DNA of 20,503 nt from Candidatus Aenigmatarchaeota archaeon. GTDB taxonomy: Archaea > Aenigmatarchaeota > Aenigmatarchaeia > Aenigmatarchaeales > JACQIB01. The translations under genes were made by a program, and so were the position numbers. Below are positions 1-6,249 of the stretch, piece by piece. Each line of letters begins with the position of its first letter. Position 1 is the first letter of the stretch. Location of the stretch: contig JAZDNN010000015.1 in the NCBI GenBank assembly GCA_043799675.1, positions 1 through 20,503 on the forward strand. The letters are read 5' to 3'. Under the pieces are notes generated by a model that was given only the letters and a program-made list of their open reading frames with translations, was not told the DNA's origin and did not search any database.

Positions 1-125
1 TCGCCGGAAGGCAGGCTCGAATTACAATCATAGAGCGGCGTTGCAGCGAGCCCGCCTGCGGACAGACACAGCAGGAAAGTCACGGCACTCAGCAGCAGCA
101 AAATCGGCTTGTACAACCCAGACAC
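1..125 (-). CDS. 5' part of a secreted protein with signal peptide (runs off the left edge)
   Basis: Manual translation from GTG at 125: MSGLYKPILLLLSAVTFLLCLSAGGLAATPLYDCNSSLPSG..., open to the edge. Basic residue, hydrophobic core and GLA-A cleavage-like site. TATA box TTATAAAA at 154-147. Confidence 0.6.
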   Translation of the reverse strand, partial: MSGLYKPILLLLSAVTFLLCLSAGGLAATPLYDCNSSLPSG

Positions 126-146
126 CCAGCCCTAATTCGCGTGCCG

Positions 147-154
147 TTTTATAA
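147..154 (-). promoter_or_regulatory. Archaeal TATA box for the gene starting at 125
   Basis: TTATAAAA on the minus strand ~22 nt before the GTG, which is leaderless spacing. Confidence 0.55.
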
Positions 155-194
155 GGTTGTCTTCTGCCGTAAGGCTGACAAAAACCGGTAAAAT

Positions 195-232
195 ATGATA
201 TTACCCCGTCAACAAGAATGCGACGGGCAAAA
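195..232 (+). repeat. Dispersed semi-palindromic repeat, copy 1
   Basis: atgatattaccccgtc-aacaagaatgc-gacgggcaaaa, with a CCCGTC/GACGGG inverted repeat. Closely similar to the copy at 8893-8930. Confidence 0.8.
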
Positions 233-245
233 GAAAAGGAAAAGT

Positions 246-395
246 TTACTTGGCCTTGCCCATTATCCTGCAAACCTTGGTGCTGCAGTGCGGGCACTTG
301 CCTTCCATGGCCTTCATGCCGTTCTTCCAGGTTACTTCCTTGCCCTCGATCATTTCGACCTGTTTCTTGCAACGCATACAACGTCCCTCAACCAT
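246..395 (-). CDS. Small basic zinc-ribbon protein, DUF5679-like (49 aa)
   Basis: Manual translation: MVEGRCMRCKKQVEMIEGKEVTWKNGMKAMEGKCPHCSTKVCRIMGKAK*. Two CxxC pairs and the KNG/G-x-CP-x-C-x-TKV-x-RI pattern typical of DUF5679. GGGAG ribosome-binding site upstream. Below the ORF-track cutoff. Confidence 0.85.
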   Translation of the reverse strand: MVEGRCMRCKKQVEMIEGKEVTWKNGMKAMEGKCPHCSTKVCRIMGKAK

Positions 396-1056
396 TGTTA
401 TCAACTCCCATCGTCTTTCTTGGTATAGAGGAACCTACGTTCTTTAAAAACCTTTCTACGCCGCCCTTGTTGTATATGCCCAAAACATACAGGTTTTCTT
501 TGAAATTACAAACACGACCATCTATTACTGTCTGGTGCGGTTTTCGAAATGCTATCTTAGAACGTATCCCGTATGTCCTTTCCATGACACTCTTTATATT
601 TTCAAGTAGCTGTAGATTGGAATTCAACATTCTTACGCAATATGTAGTATAGGTTTTCTCGCCTTTCTTGGTAGTGAATTTTGTAAGAGAACCTTCACTA
701 TCATAAAAACCTTTTATAAAAGCATTAGGATGTGTTAAAGAAATGCGCGACAATTCTTCTGCGGTCAAATTGTAATACCATTCGTAGAATGCTTTCGACC
801 TCAGACAAATCTTGTAGAGCCCACTTTTGCAGTAAATTATCTTTACTGTTCTCGAAAAAACCTTTCCGAGACATCTGTTGAACTCTTCTAAAAACTTTTT
901 GTCCTTTACACAAAGTTGTATTATGTGCTCATGACCGTATGCTGTCTTCGTCTTGTATACACAACCGTCACCTTCCAGAACGCCCAGAATATAAGACAGC
1001 TCAAGGGACGGCTCCAAAAGAGGCTGCGGTGTATTGAACTGATTCGGTCTTTTCAC
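388..1056 (-). CDS. Free-standing two-motif LAGLIDADG homing endonuclease (intein-endonuclease-like)
   Basis: Motifs LSYILGVLEGDG and AFIKGFYDSEG with acidic catalytic residues intact. No Hint splicing domain. Visibly more AT-rich than flanking genes. Confidence 0.88.
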   Translation of the reverse strand: MKRPNQFNTPQPLLEPSLELSYILGVLEGDGCVYKTKTAYGHEHIIQLCVKDKKFLEEFNRCLGKVFSRTVKIIYCKSGLYKICLRSKAFYEWYYNLTAEELSRISLTHPNAFIKGFYDSEGSLTKFTTKKGEKTYTTYCVRMLNSNLQLLENIKSVMERTYGIRSKIAFRKPHQTVIDGRVCNFKENLYVLGIYNKGGVERFLKNVGSSIPRKTMGVDNNG

Positions 1057-1090
1057 GAACTATATTAAGTTTCCACATTAAAGCTTTTTC
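1057..1090. promoter_or_regulatory. Compact divergent promoter region (LAGLIDADG / tyw1)
   Basis: TATATTAA at 1061-1068 (+), ~22 nt before the tyw1 ATG. GAAAAAGC-TTTAAT on the minus strand (1090-1077), ~20 nt before the GTG at 1056. Confidence 0.55.
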
Positions 1091-2008
1091 ATGCTCACCC
1101 AGGACCAGCTCAGGCGCCTTCAGGCTGCCGATTACCGCATATTCGGCCCCAACAGGCATTCGGCGGTCAAGCTATGTCATTGGTGCAAGCAATCCATCAA
1201 AAGCGGCGGTGAGAAGCACTGCTACAAACAGAAATTTTACGGCATACGGTCCCACCGCTGCCTGCAGATGACCCCCTGCCTGCCCCTTTGCAACCTGCGC
1301 TGCTCCCATTGCTGGCGGGACCATTCTTATTTCAAATCAACTGCAGAGGGCCCCATGGACTCTGCAGCAATTGTAGCTGAGCAGTCCCTAGAAGCCCAGA
1401 AGAAGCTTTTGGTCGGCCTGGGCGGCGTGGACCATTCCGCCATTCATCTGAAAGAGGCAATGGAACCAACCAACGCCGCCATCAGCCTGGACGGCGAGCC
1501 CACCCTGTATCCTTACCTAGGCGACCTGATAACCGAATACAAGAAAAGGGGCATGACCGTCTTCCTTGTCACCAACGGCATGAGGCCGGATGTTCTTGCC
1601 TCTCTTGACACTCTGCCAACGCAGCTCTACGTCTCCGTTACCAGCCCCGACAAGGCGTTCTTCGACAGGACCCAGCATCCCGTTCCTCCCGCAGGCTGGG
1701 AAAAGCTCATGGAGACGCTTGAGCTGCTCCCTTCGTTGAAGTGCAGGACTGTGATCAGGCTGACACTTGCGAAAGATTTCAACATGGATGCCGTTCAAAA
1801 GTTTGCCAAACTGATTGCCAAGGCAAACCCGACATTCATCGAGCCCAAGGCGTTCATGCCCATCGGCGCATCCAGGAGCAGGCTCCCGTACGAGGCGATG
1901 CCAAGGCACGAGGAAATTGTTTCCTTTTCCGAAAGGCTTGCTTCAGAGACAGGCTACAAACTGGCGGACGAAAGCAGACCCAGCCGAGTGGTGCTCCTGA
2001 AGAAATGA
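1091..2008 (+). CDS. taw1: 4-demethylwyosine synthase Tyw1/Taw1 (radical SAM tRNA modification enzyme)
   Basis: HSAVKLCHW, CYKQKFYGIRSHRCLQMTP, CxxxCxxC (CNLRCSHCWR), AISLDGEPTLYP, FLVTNG, PTQLYVS, SRVVLL. Confidence 0.95.
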   Translation: MLTQDQLRRLQAADYRIFGPNRHSAVKLCHWCKQSIKSGGEKHCYKQKFYGIRSHRCLQMTPCLPLCNLRCSHCWRDHSYFKSTAEGPMDSAAIVAEQSLEAQKKLLVGLGGVDHSAIHLKEAMEPTNAAISLDGEPTLYPYLGDLITEYKKRGMTVFLVTNGMRPDVLASLDTLPTQLYVSVTSPDKAFFDRTQHPVPPAGWEKLMETLELLPSLKCRTVIRLTLAKDFNMDAVQKFAKLIAKANPTFIEPKAFMPIGASRSRLPYEAMPRHEEIVSFSERLASETGYKLADESRPSRVVLLKK

Positions 2009-2014
2009 TTTAAA
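2009..2014 (+). promoter_or_regulatory. TATA box of tRNA-Pro
   Basis: TTTAAA immediately after the tyw1 stop, 22 nt before the tRNA 5' end at 2037. Confidence 0.6.
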
Positions 2015-2036
2015 CTCCGTCAATGCAGAAAGCAAT

Positions 2037-2200
2037 GGGCTCGTAGTCTAGCTTCATGTGAAGTTCGCTTCGCATGCTAGTCTGGTAGGATTCCAGCTTG
2101 GGGACGACCTAAGCTCATTAGATCGCCGAAATGCTGGCGACCTGTGTTCAAATGAGCGCGGAGCGCCAAAAGCGCTTTGAGAATCACAGCGAGCCCACCA
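2037..2200 (+). tRNA. tRNA-Pro(GGG) with three introns: 2054-2082 (17/17a), 2104-2131 (37/38), 2153-2183 (59/60); CCA encoded
   Basis: Spliced 76-mer GGGCTCGTAGTCTAGCT|TGGTAGGATTCCAGCTTGGGG|TGCTGGCGACCTGTGTTCAAA|TCACAGCGAGCCCACCA folds into a cloverleaf. Each intron has a 4-bp central helix and 3-nt bulges: CTAG/CTAG, TTGG/CCGA, TTCA/TGAG. Confidence 0.92.
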
Positions 2201-2209
2201 ATCGCTGCT

Positions 2210-2623
2210 TCATGCCGGATTGATGCTGGCCACTTTCACGGTGAAAATCAGCGTCTTGCCCGCCAGCGGACTGCTTCCGCTTGTACCGTAGCCTTGCTCA
2301 GGAGAAACGGTAAATGTCTTCTCTTCCCCCGCTTTCATTCCCAGCACGCCGCTATCAAAGCCCGGGATGACCTGGCCCGAACCGACCGTAAATGTAAACA
2401 GCTGCTTGCCCACGTTGCTGTCCACCGTGCTTCCGTCCACGACCAGCGTGTAATAGACCGAAATCGTATCGCCTGTTTTGACCGCAGCGGCTGTCGGGTT
2501 CGCCTGCCCCACGCAGCCTGCAATCAGCAGCAACGGTACAACAAGCAGGATGATAGTTCCCCGATGCAAGAAACTGACGGGCAAAATTCTCCGGCATGCG
2601 GATGTGACGGGCAAAAGAATCAT
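2210..2623 (-). CDS. FKBP-type peptidyl-prolyl isomerase, putative lipoprotein (true start may be TTG at 2569)
   Basis: GDTISVYYTL..DG..VDSN, FTVGSGQVIPGFDSGVLGMKAGEEKTFTVSPEQGYG, PLAGKTLIFTVKV. Hydrophobic signal ending in lipobox LIAGC. Confidence 0.9.
   Translation of the reverse strand: MILLPVTSACRRILPVSFLHRGTIILLVVPLLLIAGCVGQANPTAAAVKTGDTISVYYTLVVDGSTVDSNVGKQLFTFTVGSGQVIPGFDSGVLGMKAGEEKTFTVSPEQGYGTSGSSPLAGKTLIFTVKVASINPA
2550..2616 (+). repeat. Dispersed repeat, tandem copies 2a (2550-2586) and 2b (2587-2616)
   Basis: atgatagttccccg-atgcaagaaact-gacgggcaaaa followed by ttctccg-gcatgcggatgt-gacgggcaaaa. Ends 3 nt from the rpoN stop. Confidence 0.75.
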
Positions 2624-2814
2624 CGCTTGAACTTCGCTATCTGCGGAAGGGTATCCACCTGCGTCAGGAGCGCGCTCCTGCAGCAGTAGTTTGTCACACC
2701 GAGGCTGTCAAGGACCGCCTTGCTGCTCTCGCCTTCCACCACCCGTTTCTTCAGCGTTTCCCAGTACTGCCCTATCGGGCGGCCGCAGGAAATGCAACGA
2801 ACCGGACACATCAC
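2620..2814 (-). CDS. rpoN: RNA polymerase subunit Rpo10 (N)
   Basis: (M)MCPVRCISCGRPIG...LDSLGVTNYCCRSALLT. Start GTG 2814 or ATG 2811, preceded by GGGGAGG. Confidence 0.95.
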   Translation of the reverse strand: MMCPVRCISCGRPIGQYWETLKKRVVEGESSKAVLDSLGVTNYCCRSALLTQVDTLPQIAKFKR

Positions 2815-2816
2815 TA

Positions 2817-3713
2817 TTATCCTTCCTCCCCAAGTTTCATTACTTCCTCTAGCAGACCAAGAGGTTTTAAAGCTAGCGCTTCGAGCAGCTGCCGCAGCCG
2901 CTGAACGCTGGGCTGGCGTTTGCCCCACTCGATGCGCTTAAGGTAATCATAACTGACGCCTGCTTTTTTTGCAAACTGACTGCGAGTTAAATCAAGCTGC
3001 TCGCGCTTGGCTACAAGTACATGACAGATAGCTGGCTCATCTGACAATAGCTTCAGCCAATCATCTTCGGTCGGCCATTTATCGCGGATGTAATGCAACC
3101 GCCTGCCGCGACCCTTGCGGCCGGTGATACAGCCAGAAATTTGATCAGGGGGTTCCAGACCTATCAGTTTAAAGAACCGTACTGCAGTACATCCTCGGCC
3201 AACTAATACAAAACTGCCATCCGTCTGTCGCTGTGGTGCAAAATCCAATTTCTTTTCACGTAATTTTGTTACAAGCAATTGAATATCGCTATATCGGAAA
3301 CAATTCGTTGCAAGTACAGGGTAGGGCTTGCGGTTGCCGCCATGACGGTTCATCGAACCGTCGCCTATGTACCAGTGTAACAACGCAACGGGTGTGAGAA
3401 ATAAATCCTTTGGAACAATCTTCTGAGTTTTGTCATCGCCATCCACGTACCATCCTTTCCGGAGGCCGAGAAGGCGCTCGTCCTTCGTTTTGTTGATGTA
3501 AAATCCGAATGCGAAACAGCCTGTGATATTATTGTCAACTCCAATGTAACTGTTAGTAATTCCGTTTTGTTCAAACTGCGACTTCAACCATCCGAGCAAC
3601 TGTTGATCTTTAGCGACGCATTTGTAGTAGAAATATTTGCCCTTCCATACACGTATATTCGCATCACCGAGCAACGTACCATCAATAATCTGCATTAAGT
3701 GCTCGCTAATCAC
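2817..3713 (-). CDS. Free-standing LAGLIDADG endonuclease with C-terminal XRE/Cro-type HTH
   Basis: QIIDGTLLGDA and KIVPKDL.LTPVALLHWYIGDGS motifs, LATNCF. C-terminal REQLDLTRSQFAKKAGVSYDYLKRIEWGKRQPSVQRLRQLLEAL. AT-richer than neighbours. Confidence 0.85.
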   Translation of the reverse strand: MISEHLMQIIDGTLLGDANIRVWKGKYFYYKCVAKDQQLLGWLKSQFEQNGITNSYIGVDNNITGCFAFGFYINKTKDERLLGLRKGWYVDGDDKTQKIVPKDLFLTPVALLHWYIGDGSMNRHGGNRKPYPVLATNCFRYSDIQLLVTKLREKKLDFAPQRQTDGSFVLVGRGCTAVRFFKLIGLEPPDQISGCITGRKGRGRRLHYIRDKWPTEDDWLKLLSDEPAICHVLVAKREQLDLTRSQFAKKAGVSYDYLKRIEWGKRQPSVQRLRQLLEALALKPLGLLEEVMKLGEEG

Positions 3714-3786
3714 GCGTTTATTTCTCTTGCTTACTTAAACGGTTAATGCGTCGCGGAGCTATACTCTAGAAAACATATTTACTAAC

Positions 3787-4260
3787 CTATCGCTTCGAGC
3801 GCTGTTTATGCCTACGGGGTCCAGTTTTTGACCGGCTGGGTTTGTGAGGTTCCGTCCTTCTGGGGTCGGAAACCAGCAGCGTCCTGTCATACGCAATGAA
3901 TATCGGTTTGAGCTTCCGGTCGAATCCGACGAGCACGTTTGCTATCGCGGTCCTTGCGGCATCCGCCTGCCCTATCGGCCCGCCGCCCGTGACGTTCACC
4001 TCTATGTCGACGCCTTTCGCGGCTTCCCCTGCGACAATCACGGGCTCCTGCATCTTGAGCCTGGCCATCTCCGGCTGGATGATTGCAAGCGGCCTTCCGT
4101 TGATCATTATTATTCCGCTTCCCGGCCTGGCAATCGCCCTTGCGACCGCCCTCTTCCTGGTTCCCAGAGTCTGTACGATCTTGACCTTCTTCTTCGACTG
4201 AACAGGCTCGGAAATTATTTCCCCGTCACCGATTGTCTGTTTGATGTTTTCCGCCATCAT
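3787..4260 (-). CDS. rps9: 30S ribosomal protein S9 (uS9)
   Basis: GTRKRAVARA, VNVTGGGPIGQADAARTAIA, YDRTLLVSDPRRTEPHK..GPR..KQRSKR. ATG at 4260 overlaps the L13 stop (ATGA). Confidence 0.95.
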   Translation of the reverse strand: MMAENIKQTIGDGEIISEPVQSKKKVKIVQTLGTRKRAVARAIARPGSGIIMINGRPLAIIQPEMARLKMQEPVIVAGEAAKGVDIEVNVTGGGPIGQADAARTAIANVLVGFDRKLKPIFIAYDRTLLVSDPRRTEPHKPSRSKTGPRRHKQRSKR

Positions 4261-4757
4261 GACGCATCTCCGCTCGTGCCGGACGGCCACCTTTCGCTCT
4301 TTGCCCCCAAGGATTTGCATATCTCGCCCAAGGTGGTCCATTTGCACGTGAGCTCATTGGCATTCTTCCCGAACTTCTGCGCCTTGCTCTTGAACTCGGG
4401 AGGAGTCCCGATGTAAGCGGTAAGCCTCTTGATTGCTTCCCTTCCCCTGACGTTTTCCGGAAGCATCCCCTCGATGACCCTCCTCAGCACCCTTTCCGGA
4501 TATCTCGGATAGAACGGTCCCTTGAACGGGTCCCCTCTCTGCCTCTTGTGAGCGAACCAGCGGCTGGTCCACCACGGGTCCCCGCTGATCGCTATCTTTT
4601 CGGTGTTCACAACGGTGATGTGGTCGCCCATCAGCAGCCTCTTCGCGAGCTTGGCTGCCAGTCTTCCGAGGACCGCCCCTTCCGCGTCGATCACTTCGGG
4701 TCCGAAAGCCATCCCGGTCTTCGGTATTTTTTTCAAAGGCAAAGGTCCTTTCATCAA
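4257..4757 (-). CDS. rpl13: 50S ribosomal protein L13 (uL13)
   Basis: IDAEGAVLGRLAAKLAKRLLMG, VVNTEKIAISG, GPFYPRYPERVLRRVIEGMLP. Confidence 0.95.
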   Translation of the reverse strand: MMKGPLPLKKIPKTGMAFGPEVIDAEGAVLGRLAAKLAKRLLMGDHITVVNTEKIAISGDPWWTSRWFAHKRQRGDPFKGPFYPRYPERVLRRVIEGMLPENVRGREAIKRLTAYIGTPPEFKSKAQKFGKNANELTCKWTTLGEICKSLGAKSERWPSGTSGDAS

Positions 4758-5119
4758 ATCATTATCCTGACGTCTTTTCCCGTCGGTTTTCTTTCCACCA
4801 GTTCGGGTATGCTCATCACCTTTCCGCCGGCCGCCTCTATCTTGTCCCTTGCGGCAGTGGAAAAGAATGCAGCCGCCACATTGACGGATTTTGTGATTGT
4901 CCCGCCGGCAAGCACCCTTCCCGGGACCACGATGGTGTCCCCTTTGACTGTGTTCCTGTCTATCTGCGACAGGTTCACTTCCGCCCTCTTCCTTTCCGTC
5001 CTTTCGAGAAGCTTTGCCAACCTGAGCAGGAAGCCGTCTTTCTCCTTGTGCCCCCTTTCCCTCAAGCCTGCTATGAGCTGTACAAGCAGCGGATTTGTCG
5101 GCCCCGTCGGATTAGGCAT
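4754..5119 (-). CDS. rpl18e: 50S ribosomal protein L18e (eL18)
   Basis: TNPLLVQLI..L, RAEVNLSQIDR, IVVPGRVLAGG, FSTAARDKIEAAGG. ATG 5119 lies ~22 nt after the TATA box TTTATAAA (5149-5142). Confidence 0.93.
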   Translation of the reverse strand: MPNPTGPTNPLLVQLIAGLRERGHKEKDGFLLRLAKLLERTERKRAEVNLSQIDRNTVKGDTIVVPGRVLAGGTITKSVNVAAAFFSTAARDKIEAAGGKVMSIPELVERKPTGKDVRIMI

Positions 5120-5179
5120 ACGCCTCAATCGCTGGCCACATTTTATAAATGGCGTTCCCGGGGCCGGAATCCGCCTTAA

Positions 5180-5734
5180 CTAGGGTTCCTTGTGAAGTTT
5201 CCGTATCCTTTCAATCCCGCCCAGCTTCCTGATGATACTTGCAACAGATTTGCCGGTCATGTGCTCCCATTTCCTGTTCTTTGCGATGGATTCCCTTATT
5301 CTCGTGGAAGAGATGGGACCCGTCCTCCTGAACCTGATTATCCTTTTCTTTCTACTCTTTGCCTCTTCCTCAATTGCCTTCTCCAGTTCCATCTTAAGCC
5401 CGGTCCTCTGCTCCTTGAGCTCGTGTGTCATGAAAATCACGTCGAACTTCGGCACGCTGTCCATGACGTGCCTGACCCCCTTCCCGAAGGGCATCTTCGG
5501 ATCCGGAAGGGCGAATATTCTCACCCTCTTCATGTCAATCCCCTCTTCCTTGAGGTAGGCTTCAAGCATCCGCTTCCTCTCGGCACCGCTGAACGGGTTG
5601 TCCTTCTCATATTTTCGCTCCGCAGAGCCGATAACGACTATCAGCCTGTCCACCTGAAGCAAGGCTTTCTTTATCACCCACATGTGCCCGGCGTGCGGGG
5701 GATTGACCCTTGCCCAGAAAAATCCCGTTGTCAT
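5180..5734 (-). CDS. NadM-like nucleotidyltransferase (HxGH superfamily; NMN adenylyltransferase-like)
   Basis: RVNPPHAGH, IVVIGSA, NPFSGAERKRML, ISSTRIRESI...WEHM. Start moved to ATG 5734 because the longer ORF overlaps tRNA-Leu. Confidence 0.8.
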   Translation of the reverse strand: MTTGFFWARVNPPHAGHMWVIKKALLQVDRLIVVIGSAERKYEKDNPFSGAERKRMLEAYLKEEGIDMKRVRIFALPDPKMPFGKGVRHVMDSVPKFDVIFMTHELKEQRTGLKMELEKAIEEEAKSRKKRIIRFRRTGPISSTRIRESIAKNRKWEHMTGKSVASIIRKLGGIERIRKLHKEP

Positions 5735-5798
5735 GGATGGTGCAGGTGCACCACTTGATTGCTTCACCAAAGGATGCTTTTTTCCAACTCTAATCATG

Positions 5799-5959
5799 TG
5801 GTGCGGGGGAAGTGATTTGAACACTCGTGGGGCCTTCGCCCACAGGATTTCTATCTTAAGGGTTCCTTGGATGTCAAGTCTTAAGTTTCGCACAGGCATC
5901 ATCCTGTCCTGCGCCTTTGGCCATGTGAAAACATTTGGACCTGGCTTGGCTACCCCCGC
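5799..5959 (-). tRNA. tRNA-Leu(TAA) with three introns: 5935-5917 (21/22), 5907-5887 (30/31), 5879-5849 (37/38); CCA encoded
   Basis: Spliced 90-mer GCGGGGGTAGCCAAGCCAGGTCCA|AGGCGCAGG|ACTTAAG|ATCCTGTGGGCGAAGGCCCCACGAGTGTTCAAATCACTTCCCCCGCACCA, with long variable arm and A73. Central helices GGTC/GGCC and CGCA/TGCG; the third is imperfect. TATA ATTAATAA at 5989-5982. Confidence 0.9.
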
Positions 5960-6023
5960 AAACAGAAAAGCGCAGCGGAACTTATTAATGAACTATATGA
6001 CTGCCGCAGCAGCAAAAGAATCG

Positions 6024-6057
6024 TATCGCTCCGTCAAAAGGGTGTGACGAGAAAAAA
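6024..6057 (+). repeat. Dispersed repeat, copy 3
   Basis: tatcgctccg-tcaaaagggtgt-gacgagaaaaaa. Shares aagggtgtgacgag (14 bp) exactly with the copy at 7088-7123. Overlaps the last codons and stop of the small membrane gene. Confidence 0.8.
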
Positions 6058-6249
6058 GACGCCTGCAACTATCATCAAGCAGCCTATCAGGACGAATGCC
6101 ATCCTCTTGTTGCGCGTGACCACAGCACCTTCCTTCGTACCGGCTTTCATGATCTGCCCGTAAGTGCCGAATTTCAGGTAATAAAGTAGCCGGGGTGAAA
6201 CCAGGAAGACTATGCCGACAATGATGAAAATTATGCCAATTACGTTCAC
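6034..6249 (-). CDS. Small membrane protein with two transmembrane helices (71 aa)
   Basis: Hydrophobic stretches VIGIIFIIVGIVFLVS and MAFVLIGCLMIVAGVFFLV. GTGA start/stop coupling with rpoD. Confidence 0.7.
   Translation of the reverse strand: MNVIGIIFIIVGIVFLVSPRLLYYLKFGTYGQIMKAGTKEGAVVTRNKRMAFVLIGCLMIVAGVFFLVTPF

Noticed and set aside
388..1056. LAGLIDADG genes as parts of inteins or self-splicing introns
   Set aside because: No Hint motifs (N-terminal Cys/Ser block, C-terminal His-Asn), flanking genes are complete, and spacers are too short for ribozyme cores. The same applies to the other two copies.
2815..2928. Long N-terminus of RpoN in the ORF track
   Set aside because: It lies within the LAGLIDADG-HTH gene; RpoN homology and the ribosome-binding site indicate a start at 2814/2811.
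4261..4347. Extended S9 start
   Set aside because: It overlaps rpl13; ATGA coupling at 4257-4260 gives a better start.
5735..5902. N-terminal extension of ORF 5180..5902
   Set aside because: It overlaps the tRNA-Leu gene, and family similarity starts at MTTGFF (5734).
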